A stretch of 64,000 nt of DNA from positions 1 to 64,000 of the IMG/VR virus record IMGVR_UViG_3300005965_000002. One strand, 5' to 3'. The notes under the pieces were generated by a model. The model saw only the letters and a list, made by a program, of their open reading frames with translations. It searched no databases and had not been told where the DNA came from. The position numbers and the translations under genes are program-made. How positions within the stretch are numbered: the first letter of the stretch is position 1; each line of letters starts with the position of its first letter. This document shows, piece by piece, positions 50,081 to 59,592 of this stretch.

Positions 50081-50620
50081 CTAGTTTGAATTATAGAATT
50101 TATCCCATGCTGATTTAATAGCTTTTATGTGTAGACTTACTGTTTGATCAGTAACACATAATTTTTTTGCTATCTCTTTACGTGTTCTCTTTATGATTAA
50201 TTCCTCGAAAATTTTTCTTCTTATAGGCGACACCTTTGGATCTTCGTAGTATAAAGAAACAAAAAGATTCCAATCTGATTTTAAATCCATTTCCTTTGCT
50301 AAATCAGAATCCTCCGAGTGTAGAGACTCATCGTATTCAACTTTTACAATATTAGCACCACGTTTTACGCTTTTTTCTTTGTTGGCCTCTTTTTGCGCGA
50401 ACCTTAACAGACATGTAGTGATGTAGGTGTTATACTTAGCAATCTTTTCATTGAACTTCTCCAATATTTCATTTTCTATCATATGAAGCACAAACTTGGA
50501 TATTAACTCATCGACTAAATCCGGATCCCTGACTCTGGTCTTCCAGATAAACATCTTCCTGAGGTCATCCAGGTTTTTTCTATAGAAGGTATCGTATGAT
50601 TTAGTTTCAATCATTTGCAA
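50081..50620 (-). CDS. ECF/sigma-like transcription factor
   Basis: Region-2-like KFNEKIAKYNTYI and C-terminal HTH RKEIAKKLCVTDQTVS. Confidence 0.65.
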   Translation of the reverse strand: MQMIETKSYDTFYRKNLDDLRKMFIWKTRVRDPDLVDELISKFVLHMIENEILEKFNEKIAKYNTYITTCLLRFAQKEANKEKSVKRGANIVKVEYDESLHSEDSDLAKEMDLKSDWNLFVSLYYEDPKVSPIRRKIFEELIIKRTRKEIAKKLCVTDQTVSLHIKAIKSAWDKFYNSN

Positions 50621-50647
50621 TTATTGGGTTTAAATTAAACTTCATAG

Positions 50648-51229
50648 TCAATTATGTACAAACAGTGCTTTGCTGATATACTCTGCTCTTTGGTTCATTG
50701 CTTTCTTATAATCTTCCAGAAAAAAACCATCGGCACAATAATGAGTGGAATTAAATCCTACTTCTTTAGCTTTTTTTGTCCTGGTGACAAATGCTCCCAT
50801 GTCTATTTTACTAATTTCTGGATAGCTCTTATAATAATTGTAATCCTGGTGGCTATGTACAAAATCATAGTATAGCAGATCCACATCATCTTTAAAGTTA
50901 GAAAGAACTGTGTCTACATATGTAGGTACATAGTAATTATCAAAATTGGTTATTAAAAGCAGCTCCCCGTCGTTTGGGTCTATTTTCGAAAGCATGGTTG
51001 ATCTATTTATATGACCCCAGACACCGGTTGGGGGATCAACTCCTAAAATTCTAACGTCACAAAAGTTTCTGTAATGATTTATTAAGTCTGTGACGGGAAG
51101 GGTCACTATTCCATCATGTATAAAATGTATCACATAGTTTTGGTTAGTTTGTAATAGAAAACTATTAATAAATACGTTGAAGTTAAAAATCTGGTTTTGG
51201 TAACAAGCCGCTATAATCTGTAATCTCAC
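50648..51229 (-). CDS. glycosyltransferase family 2-like protein
   Basis: IHDG, WGH.NR, TNFDNYY, IDMG, ADG. Confidence 0.7.
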   Translation of the reverse strand: MRLQIIAACYQNQIFNFNVFINSFLLQTNQNYVIHFIHDGIVTLPVTDLINHYRNFCDVRILGVDPPTGVWGHINRSTMLSKIDPNDGELLLITNFDNYYVPTYVDTVLSNFKDDVDLLYYDFVHSHQDYNYYKSYPEISKIDMGAFVTRTKKAKEVGFNSTHYCADGFFLEDYKKAMNQRAEYISKALFVHN

Positions 51230-52258
51230 TTATCCCTCCAGGACCTTCTGAATCATTTTCACATAGGCTACTCCTATAGTGTGTATGCCATACTTCTGAA
51301 AGGATGATGCTTTAGCGTTTATACCTATATATTGGCGCAGTTTTGGGTCTTTAAGCATCGTAAGGTATTTTACCCAGTCTTCTTTTGTCTCAGCTATAAA
51401 TCCATTCCTACCGTGCTCTATAGCTTCTATATACGAGGTAAGTGGGCAGGCTATAACAGGCATCCCCAGAGACATAGCGGTGGATGCCTTAACGTTACTT
51501 TTTGCCGGGAACTTATTTATGTCATGATAGCACAAGGCAACGTCACAGCTTGTTAAATCTCCAATCCAAGAATAGGGAGTATACTCCAGACATTCGAATC
51601 GTTTATCAAAATTGGTCTTGTATATCGATGTAAATTTGTAACCTGCTTCATCACATATTTCAAGTAAAAAGTCACTGTAAGGCTGGATATTAGCCCCGAG
51701 TAAACAAGATTTGTTACTTTGGTCATAAGTAGGAAGCTTACTGTACTTGGTCCCAGTATCGACAGGGTCGTATATCGTGAAAACAGGTACCTGCCAGGAA
51801 TTTATAGCAGCAAGATGGCCGTCAGTATATTGAGAAAGTAATGAGCTACAACATGAGATCCCGGCAGCATTCCTCATTATATCATCTTCGTTAGGTAAGG
51901 AAAAAATAGACTCACTATGATCAAAAATGCATTTTGTTTTGCTCCCAGCTAGTCCTATAAAGATGTCTTTATCCTCAACTTCTAAGTCGAAGATGACTAC
52001 TATATCGTATCTTTTTAGGTACTCTATAAAGTTCTCTGTATCATCGCAATGGTATCCTGTGCCGTTGTAATTTTTGTGTCCACCAACTATAACTGTTGAT
52101 TCACTTACCAGGTATTTAAGATTCTCTAAATACCTATGAATTAGATACCTTCTGAGCCTGAACGCAGGATCCGAGATAATATTCATCGAGGGAAAAAGCC
52201 ATGCTATAGAAAAGGGCTTTAGCTCTTTGACTTTATACTGGTCAATACCAATGATCAT
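51230..52258 (-). CDS. GT-B fold glycosyltransferase (GT4-like)
   Basis: KSNVK...AMSLGMPVIA...Y.EAIEHGRNGF. Confidence 0.8.
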   Translation of the reverse strand: MIIGIDQYKVKELKPFSIAWLFPSMNIISDPAFRLRRYLIHRYLENLKYLVSESTVIVGGHKNYNGTGYHCDDTENFIEYLKRYDIVVIFDLEVEDKDIFIGLAGSKTKCIFDHSESIFSLPNEDDIMRNAAGISCCSSLLSQYTDGHLAAINSWQVPVFTIYDPVDTGTKYSKLPTYDQSNKSCLLGANIQPYSDFLLEICDEAGYKFTSIYKTNFDKRFECLEYTPYSWIGDLTSCDVALCYHDINKFPAKSNVKASTAMSLGMPVIACPLTSYIEAIEHGRNGFIAETKEDWVKYLTMLKDPKLRQYIGINAKASSFQKYGIHTIGVAYVKMIQKVLEG

Positions 52259-52731
52259 ATAGGATAACCTACAAAAATCGCTTTATAAACTGTTTTTAGA
52301 TCCGAAAAAGAGTTGCTTATTGGAAGACCCTGATTCTTGAGAGATTTGATAACATCAACTCCCATTGCTTCCGGGCAGGAAGTGTGTGCCACCCCACGCT
52401 TTGTTTTTACAAATTCTATGGCTTTTTCTTTTAAGGATTTATTGACTCGGGATTGCCAGTAGAGAACACAGCGGCATTGAAGCTCCGTCCAGTCCGGGTG
52501 CCTGGACTTCATTTTCTTTTTATGAGACTCTAAATCAAAGGTAGTATATATAAACCAATGAGGCTTTGTTAGGTCAAATACGTCCTGTAAAAAAGGTACT
52601 TTGGGAGGACAGGTGTCTTTCTTCCCGTAGTTAGGGCAACCACGGGGGTGGTTAGGGTATGGTAGCTTACACCATTCCCTGGCTCTAGGATTAAGCACAA
52701 GATTGCCGGTTACTTCAACGACACCGTTCAT
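52255..52731 (-). CDS. DUF2284-like metal-binding protein
   Basis: C..GCPNYGK..TCPP, PEAMGVDV. Confidence 0.75.
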   Translation of the reverse strand: MNGVVEVTGNLVLNPRAREWCKLPYPNHPRGCPNYGKKDTCPPKVPFLQDVFDLTKPHWFIYTTFDLESHKKKMKSRHPDWTELQCRCVLYWQSRVNKSLKEKAIEFVKTKRGVAHTSCPEAMGVDVIKSLKNQGLPISNSFSDLKTVYKAIFVGYPI

Positions 52732-52752
52732 ATTATCTTATTTATTAAAAAA

Positions 52753-52828
52753 TGGCACGCCCGCCAGGACTCGAACCTGGAACCCTGGGATTAGAAATCC
52801 CATGCTATCTCCATTTAGCTACGGGCGC
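52753..52828 (-). tRNA. tRNA-Arg(TCT)
   Basis: TGGGA-TTTCTAA-TCCCA; CCA. Confidence 0.92.
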
Positions 52829-53618
52829 ATTAATACCTCTTCAATATACCCACGAATTACTTTAGGAGTAATCCGTATCTGTTTTTTACGATTTGCTTCC
52901 TCGAATTCTTCTTTCGACATTTCTACGAATTCCCAGATTTTCATCATATAGAAGTCTTGTTCTGGGGAAAGAAATTTAATGTTTTTCTTTTGTATCTCCC
53001 ATCTCCAGCAGTGCTCATTTACCATTATTTTTCGAGCTAATGCTACCGATCTTCTTTTTTTCGGAGATGTTTTTGATTTCATGTATTTTTGTACATTATA
53101 CGGCTTCCGACTTGTTCTATGGGTTTTACACATAAAGTGCAAACTCCCTGGTATTCAACATACTAACCACCTGAAGCTGTGATGAATACCTCCCGGTCAT
53201 AATCTTCAGAACATTCAGTTGAACAGACGTATTCAAATTCTGCGGTTTTCATAAATTTTAGCGGAAGATTAATTACCGGGTGAGGTATGGGTTTTCCGCA
53301 ATGAATACATCTGGAAGCGTATTTCTTTAAACGCTTCAGTGGTGGTTTTCTTATGAATAAATTATTAAACCATTTCATCCAAGAGCCCTCGGTTTTTCAG
53401 CTCTTCATTAATCATGTCAACAATAGAATCAAGAACATGCTCAGGGGTTCCATATAATTCATCAAGATTGTCACTCTCTGACTGTTCTATTAATTTAGAG
53501 CGTACATCAGAGATCACGCTTTTATATTTGTCGCCATTAAGAGCATCTTTGAATGCTTGTTCTTCGGCATACATATCAAATTTTAATATCAGCTTAGGCA
53601 TACTAACTCCAAGGGCTT

Positions 53619-53670
53619 CTGACGTACTCCCACGACTGAAGTCGTGGGCTTTCCCGCTCACTCTCGTAAA
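53619..53670 (-). mobile_element. 52-nt palindromic IS200/IS605-end-like element, copy 2
   Basis: Identical to 40597-40648. Confidence 0.75.
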
Positions 53671-53868
53671 AGGCGAGCAATACATAGCTGCCTTTTGGAT
53701 ACCACTGTAACTAAGGATTTCAGAGATTTTAATTGCTGTAATTTCGGCCTGATTTTTTCCTGCTTCTGTAAGCTCAATCTTGTAATCCGGGACTGTAAGA
53801 TACACGTCTTTATCAACATTCCCTGTTGATTGGCCGTGACGTACTAAAAAAATTTTACGGGGTTTCAT
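53665..53868 (-). pseudogene. histidine phosphatase (phosphoglycerate-mutase family), truncated at the palindromic element
   Basis: IFLVRHGQS..N, LT..G..QA, YCSPFTR, then element-derived sequence. Confidence 0.75.
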
Positions 53869-53931
53869 CTGATACCTTTATGCTTCGCGTAGGGCCTATT
53901 ACAATATACTTATCAGAAGCTATTTTTTAAA

Positions 53932-54543
53932 TCAATAAACGAATTCTTCCCAAGGAGTTTGGGAATAGATTTTCCAGATAAAAGAGTCTAATTCAGCTGG
54001 GGTCATTTTCCTTTTATGGGACTCCAGGGCAAATTCTTTTTCTTTTTCGAGATAATCTTTCGAATTTTTAGGAGGATCCCACAGCATATATTTGATTATA
54101 TGGGTATCTATTATGGCTAATTCTATAGCTCCAAGATTTCTAAGGAAATGGCTGGATGTTTTCATACCGAAGCCGTTAACGTTTTTACAAAGCCACTCCC
54201 TTACTTCTACCCAAGGCCTTTCGCTTCTAATCAAGTCATAGATTTGGTTAAATTGAGATTTGGCCAGCAGGAGCCTGTTAGCTTTAACCTTATGGAATCG
54301 GGTAGTCCAAATCAATGAATCCACCTGCTTGAGGCTCAGGGTATTGCAATAAAAACCACTCGAAATGATGTTACTAATAGCAATACAATTACTCTTGTAG
54401 GTAGTTTGGGGTGTCATGAGACAAAAGCACATATCATAGAAGATCTGTTCTTTTGACTTCAATATTCTGAAGGAATTTATGACTTTTTTTAAGAATTTTC
54501 TATCAGCATCTGGAATCGAGTAGCGAGAATTCTTAGTATACAC
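53932..54543 (-). CDS. 8-oxoguanine DNA glycosylase/AP lyase (Ogg-like)
   Basis: FCL.TPQ, RF..VKA, REWL..V.G.G.K.SSHFLRN.G, AIIDTHI. Confidence 0.88.
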   Translation of the reverse strand: MYTKNSRYSIPDADRKFLKKVINSFRILKSKEQIFYDMCFCLMTPQTTYKSNCIAISNIISSGFYCNTLSLKQVDSLIWTTRFHKVKANRLLLAKSQFNQIYDLIRSERPWVEVREWLCKNVNGFGMKTSSHFLRNLGAIELAIIDTHIIKYMLWDPPKNSKDYLEKEKEFALESHKRKMTPAELDSFIWKIYSQTPWEEFVY

Positions 54544-54593
54544 TCTAATCTCCGGTTTATACCTAAATACTATTTTGAAAAAGTTATTTAAAA

Positions 54594-54666
54594 TAGCCCA
54601 GCAGGGACTCGAACCCCGAGACCAGGATTAGGAATCCTGTGCTTTGTCCTGTTAAGCGACTGGGCC
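54594..54666 (-). tRNA. tRNA-Arg(CCT)
   Basis: CAGGA-TTCCTAA-TCCTG; no CCA. Confidence 0.88.
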
Positions 54667-55482
54667 TTTTTTCTTTTTCAGTATAAACCCGATTATCCAG
54701 GTCATTACTCCGCTACTAATTATAAACCCGATAATGGTTTTCCAGTTGTTTTCCCAAAATCTGCCAGCTATAAAAGTAGGATTTACAGCCACTTTTATAG
54801 TGTCCGTATATGTTACGATATCATAGGTTTCATCCGAGAATCCTTCTCTTTTCAAGATGCATACTATTTTCATTTTTAATATATTTGTGCCACCGCTTAC
54901 AGGAGTAATCCCCCATTTCCATACGGTAGGCTTATCAAATTTTCGTAACTGAGTGGATGAGCTATAAGTGGTATCAATGCGGAACCCGTCACCAGATAAT
55001 TCAGCTTTCATTGTCTGGCTTACATCGATAATTTTTAGAGTATATTTTTCTCCTAAACCTTCAGTTAGTGCCTCAGAAATTTTATTATCGATTCTGAGCT
55101 TAACTTGATACTCTTTTCCCATTTTAATTGTATCTGGTACCTCGTAAGCTATTGCTCCAGAGGTAAGTTGAGACTGAAGGACCCAGGCGGCATCTCTATG
55201 AGAAAAATCCTCTCCGGCTGCTGCTGGAGAGGATCCTTCAATCTGTATAGTTCTTAAATTGATACGATCTAATTGTTTGGTTTCTTCTTCCCAGCTTGAA
55301 GGAGCTGGGGGAGGCATCCCAGCCCAATAGTCTTCTTCGTACTCATAGGTATCGGGGGAGGGTGTCATCTCTTGATAATCTGGTGAGATTACCGGAGGGG
55401 GTGCTGATGTATCATCTTTAAAAGTTTTTTTACCTCCACAAGAAACAATAGTAGCCAATAAGATTAAAAACATCCACTTCAT
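54652..55482 (-). CDS. putative lipoprotein with C-terminal transmembrane segment
   Basis: Lipobox-like IVSC; hydrophobic C-terminus followed by KKKK. Confidence 0.65.
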   Translation of the reverse strand: MKWMFLILLATIVSCGGKKTFKDDTSAPPPVISPDYQEMTPSPDTYEYEEDYWAGMPPPAPSSWEEETKQLDRINLRTIQIEGSSPAAAGEDFSHRDAAWVLQSQLTSGAIAYEVPDTIKMGKEYQVKLRIDNKISEALTEGLGEKYTLKIIDVSQTMKAELSGDGFRIDTTYSSSTQLRKFDKPTVWKWGITPVSGGTNILKMKIVCILKREGFSDETYDIVTYTDTIKVAVNPTFIAGRFWENNWKTIIGFIISSGVMTWIIGFILKKKKGPVA

Positions 55483-55496
55483 AATTACTCCTTTAA

Positions 55497-55568
55497 AGCC
55501 GGTGAAGGGACTCGGACCCCCAACCTACGCATTACGGGTGCGTTGCTCTACCGTTGAGCTACACCGGC
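55497..55568 (-). tRNA. tRNA-Thr(CGT), with C33
   Basis: ACGCA-CCCGTAA-TGCGT; no CCA. Confidence 0.85.
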
Positions 55569-56269
55569 TAGTATCCTAATTCAGATGCTGCTTGAACAAT
55601 TGGATCTGGCATCTTGATCTGCGTATAGGATGTCTTATTTTTATATACCTGGAGTTTCTCTATTTTCTCCCCCACAAAATCAGAGATTCTTTTTAATTCG
55701 TGATCCTGGTTTTCTATAAAATCTTCCATTTTTACCACTATCGATCTTTCTGGGTAAGGAACAGATTTTATAATGTCGTATTGAAGCTTCCAGCTCCATA
55801 AGCTTATATTTGCGTTTTTTAATCCACCAAACGCTCCAAAATGATTTAACAGCTTATCGCTATAGTGAGGGGCATTTCTCATTGGATTGCGAAACCAGAG
55901 TACATAGTAAAACTCAGGATATAGCCTAGTAAGCCAGGGATAGATAAAAGTTGTTTCTGGAAGCTTCCACCCTTTTTTTGGAGATTTATCGAGTAGAATG
56001 TCATGCAGATACCGGCGAATATCCTCGGCATCTTTAGCAGTGCAGCCTTCTATTGCTGGTTGTAGATTATAGTGATTGCCATCAAATTTAATTTGACTGA
56101 TAAACCTTTTGGCAATATCATACATTAAAGCATAGGGTTCCTTATCATAGCTTACATTCCTAAACTGAGGGGAACCCATAAAAAATCCGCTACTAGAAAA
56201 AGTTTTTGCTATTAATCTAGAAGCAGAAGATCCACGACCAATGATTGTTACAATCTTAGGACTCATCAC
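55568..56269 (-). CDS. sulfotransferase-family protein
   Basis: IIGRGSSASR, GWKLPET, FRNP, VKMEDF. Confidence 0.7.
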   Translation of the reverse strand: MMSPKIVTIIGRGSSASRLIAKTFSSSGFFMGSPQFRNVSYDKEPYALMYDIAKRFISQIKFDGNHYNLQPAIEGCTAKDAEDIRRYLHDILLDKSPKKGWKLPETTFIYPWLTRLYPEFYYVLWFRNPMRNAPHYSDKLLNHFGAFGGLKNANISLWSWKLQYDIIKSVPYPERSIVVKMEDFIENQDHELKRISDFVGEKIEKLQVYKNKTSYTQIKMPDPIVQAASELGY

Positions 56270-56489
56270 CTTCCTCTACTTCGTTACAGGCTATGCTTGC
56301 GTTTGCCCACATGATCGCTTCGCGTAGCTTTTCTATCGCTTTGTTAGTTTCCTCGCCTTCGGGGCAAAGCTTGACAATCTTTTTCGCTAGTCTTTTTCCT
56401 GCAGTCCTGAGAGTTTCATAACGATCGGGTTGGTCTCCACCCGGTCTGTGGTAGCTAAAAATGTTTTCGATTTGGTCTTTTGTAATCAT
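56256..56489 (-). CDS. Acb2/Tad1-like small helical protein
   Basis: FSYH.P..Q..RY..LR...CP...AIEKLREAIMWANASIA; start at ATG 56489. Confidence 0.65.
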   Translation of the reverse strand: MITKDQIENIFSYHRPGGDQPDRYETLRTAGKRLAKKIVKLCPEGEETNKAIEKLREAIMWANASIACNEVEEGDES

Positions 56490-56509
56490 CTTATCTTCTC
56501 CATAAAAAT

Positions 56510-56584
56510 TGGAGCAGGAGACGAGACTCGAACTCGCAACAATCACCTTGGAAGGGTGGGGCTCTACCATTGAGCTACTCCTGC
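56510..56584 (-). tRNA. tRNA-Gly(TCC)
   Basis: Loop CTTCCAA; U73; CCA. Confidence 0.92.
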
Positions 56585-57508
56585 ATATATTTAAATGTTT
56601 TTGGTTTTCTCTATATTTTCACTAATAAATTGCCTGACTTTTTTCCTAGATTTTTTCTTTTCCTTTATTTTCTACAAACTCTTCGCCTCTTTCCCAGGCT
56701 GCTATCTTAGCGTCTGCCTCTGATTCATGCATAATTATAAGAGACCCGTCCTTGCAGTCGAAACCAACAGGACCTGAAATAGAAACTTCTTTGAAATCGT
56801 AAATCACCAGATATTGCTTAGAATCCTCTGTTATCAATATCGCTGGTGTCTCGTCTAATCTTAACTTTCCTTTATAGCCTTTTTCCAGTAAATGACCAAC
56901 GGCTTTAGAAAGTATCTTCAGTTTTTTTGGAGAGGCTAGTCCCTCATAACTGAGGCGCAGAAACTCCTTAAAATTTTCCTTCGTTAGTAGTCCTGACTCA
57001 AGAGCTTCAAAAATAGCATCCGATGCATTTTCTACTGTGAGCTCAGGATCCAAATCCGGGCTATCCTCAAAGTTTATCATTCTCAGCTCAACTCTTTAAA
57101 CAAACTTATATAATTGTCTGCGATTTCCCTGTCTGACTTCTTCTCTTCTTCGCTGAGATTTTCATACTCGGAAAGCATTTGCCTTACCCAGCGGGCGACC
57201 TTTTCCTCGGGGATCAAAATAGCACCAAAAGAAGTAGGCTCACATTGCTTAAAAAGGTACTTCATTTAGTGAGACCATACATCATGGCAGTGCCTAGCGA
57301 TCTCTTCCTTAGGATCCTTATCTTTTTTAGAAAAAGGATTAATTTTCTCAGGGTTTACTGGTAATTCCCCAGCTTCGGCATTTTCTCTAATCTGGCGTAA
57401 GCTCCAGGGTTCGCTGTCTCTCATAATATGTTTTACCAATATTTTGATATTAAAGAATTATTTCACTGATTAACTACTAATATTCTGCAATTTAAAAAGG
57501 AGTATCCT

Positions 57509-57922
57509 ATGCATAGAATATCAGAATATTTAGACTCTCTTTCTAATATATTAGAGAGCAAAGGATTTTTAAAGCAGGCTGAGCATATTGATATGCTTAC
57601 TAACACAGTAGATGGGTTATGGCTCTGCTCATGCTGTCAGAAGCCCACGGTAAATAGTATAGAAGATCGTTACATGGTAAACGATGATATATGGAGAGAG
57701 CTGGGTTTCCCGGGCCAAGTAGATGGCATTCCTGATGACTACTTTTTATGTTGGAGCTGTCTTATTATGGCAGTTTCGAAAAAGTTAGGTAGAGGGCTTT
57801 CATCTGCCGATTTTGCTCAATATATGCAGTACCCTATAAACGTAAATAATCCGAATATAATTGATCTTATGAGGGGAGAAATGGACCAGGTAGGACTCGA
57901 ACCTACGACTGCTCGATTATGA
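57509..57922 (+). CDS. hypothetical protein with the shared N-terminal motif
   Basis: RBS AAGGAG; LDSLSNILESKGFLKQAEHIDML. Confidence 0.7.
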   Translation: MHRISEYLDSLSNILESKGFLKQAEHIDMLTNTVDGLWLCSCCQKPTVNSIEDRYMVNDDIWRELGFPGQVDGIPDDYFLCWSCLIMAVSKKLGRGLSSADFAQYMQYPINVNNPNIIDLMRGEMDQVGLEPTTARL

Positions 57923-57955
57923 GTCGAGAACTCTAACCAACTGAGTTACTGGTCC
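57882..57955 (-). tRNA. tRNA with CAT anticodon (Ile2 likely, Met possible)
   Basis: CTCGA-CTCATAA-TCGAG; no CCA; its leader contains ATA twice. Confidence 0.88.
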
Positions 57956-58145
57956 TAAAAATTCTCAAAATTTTCTGCAAAGTGTATTCTTTCATTTTGA
58001 CGGCATTCTCCCAATCTTAAAGAGACTGATTTGCCAAATTCTTTTCTTTTCTTTTAATATAATAGCACTTGTCTGTGTCAGGGCAATATATGCACATTAC
58101 ATCTGTAGTACTCATTATAACCTCTTTGAGCTACTTGATAAATAG

Positions 58146-58270
58146 AGCCCCGGGTTGGATTCGAACCAACGATGGAGGTCTTCAGTCACCCAGCAAACAG
58201 CCTCTCAACTGGTCGCGAGTTCAATTTAACCACTGGGTATTGTCGCCGTGTGCCTTCTCGGCTCCAGGGC
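58146..58270 (-). ncRNA. 125-nt tRNA-like RNA (acceptor and T arm, long helix replacing anticodon arm)
   Basis: GCCCTGG/CCGGGGC-U; GTTGG-TTCGAAT-CCAAC; ACCCAGT/GCTGGGT helix. Confidence 0.65.
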
Positions 58271-58569
58271 ATTCTGTGTCTATTTTAACATACTTTTTAG
58301 TATCTTAGTTTTAAAACGTATCTTTTCTTTTACTAAGTTTTTTCAAGCACTTCTTTGCTGTTTTTTCGAGCTCTGTAATAACAAGAACACAATCGTTGAC
58401 TTCGCCCTCGTAATAAAAATGAACAAACCCACCCTCTTTGTCATCACTTAGTTTAGAGGCTATAAGTTTCATTTTATGGTCTAAATAGGTGTTTTCCATG
58501 TTTCTCCTTTCTCTTACCATAAAAATATAGTAAAAGATAAGGAGATAATTAATGAGGATTGTGTTAGAA

Positions 58570-58644
58570 TGGAGCAGGGGACGGGAGTCGAACCCGCAAC
58601 AACCACCTTGGCAAGGTGGAGCTCTACCGTTGAGCTACCCCTGC
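58570..58644 (-). tRNA. tRNA-Gly(GCC)
   Basis: CCACC-TTGCCAA-GGTGG; CCA. Confidence 0.93.
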
Positions 58645-58645
58645 T

Positions 58646-59104
58646 TTATCTGAGATTATAGAAGTAAAGTAGACCAGCCCACCCCGAGGGTAAACACCTA
58701 GGTGCTTCTTCTAACTCTTCTCCATATTTTACCGCCATTTCAAGGAAGTACTTAGCATGGAAAAAGGCCTCTACCATAGGTCTCGTGTGTTTAAGCCAAT
58801 TTTTGTTATGCTTGTCTTGGAAGGTTTTGCCTGAAGCACCTTCCTTAAGTATCTCTTCTAAAAAACAGTTAGGCTTTACTCCCTCAGGTGCTAAGCTGTT
58901 AAGCTTTTCAATAATCTCTTTGGTAATCCCTTGGATGTAATAAACCTTAAAAGATTGGTGGTAGAACCGGTATATATGGTCTTCATAAAACCAATGACCG
59001 TTTATCTTCTCTAACAGTTCTTTAAGCTCCTTGTGATTACGCTTTATATTTTCTAAAAGCGCGTTAGCTTGCTTATGCATGTTCTCAAAATAATTATGAT
59101 CCAT
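58646..59104 (-). CDS. conserved hypothetical protein
   Basis: YRFYHQSFKVY...EAFFHAKYFL...LPSGWA. Confidence 0.7.
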   Translation of the reverse strand: MDHNYFENMHKQANALLENIKRNHKELKELLEKINGHWFYEDHIYRFYHQSFKVYYIQGITKEIIEKLNSLAPEGVKPNCFLEEILKEGASGKTFQDKHNKNWLKHTRPMVEAFFHAKYFLEMAVKYGEELEEAPRCLPSGWAGLLYFYNLR

Positions 59105-59162
59105 AAAAACCCTCCTTCTTTAATATAACTATTTACAGAAAGGTTTTTTGAAAATAATAAAA

Positions 59163-59234
59163 TAGCCCGTACCGGAGTCGAACCGATGCGTCCTGGCTGA
59201 GAACCAGGTATCCTGACCACTAGATGAACGGGCC
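59163..59234 (-). tRNA. tRNA-Glu(CTC)
   Basis: CCTGG-TTCTCAG-CCAGG; no CCA. Confidence 0.9.
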
Positions 59235-59239
59235 ATTAA

Positions 59240-59313
59240 TAGAGGTAGGGGGATTCGAACCCCCGATCTACGCCGTGAAAGGGCGTTGAGTTTGACCACT
59301 ACTCTATACCTCC
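59240..59313 (-). tRNA. tRNA-Glu(TTC)
   Basis: ACGCC-CTTTCAC-GGCGT; no CCA. Confidence 0.9.
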
Positions 59314-59318
59314 ATATA

Positions 59319-59400
59319 TGGAGCTGGGAGAGGGTGTTTCACCCACACAGAGCTCATTCCCCTGAGCAAGGGGTCCGCTGCCTATTTCTGGAGTCCCAGC
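59319..59400 (-). ncRNA. 82-nt tRNA-like RNA ending UCCA
   Basis: GCTGGGA/TCCCAGC-TCCA; non-canonical T loop TGAAACA; CCCCT-TGCTC-AGGGG arm. Confidence 0.65.
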
Positions 59401-59592
59401 ATAGTAACTAATCTAAGGTGCGTTCTTATGCTTATTCCTGTCAAAGAGCTTCGGCTTCCACTGAGTGCAGTGATCTGCGCACCTAACGTAGATAGCCTGT
59501 TTTTTGGCCGTGCACACACGATAGCCCTGTCTTATGGATCTACACCCATTAGCACAGTTGTAACAGCTTTCGTCATGTATTTTAGTGGCCAT

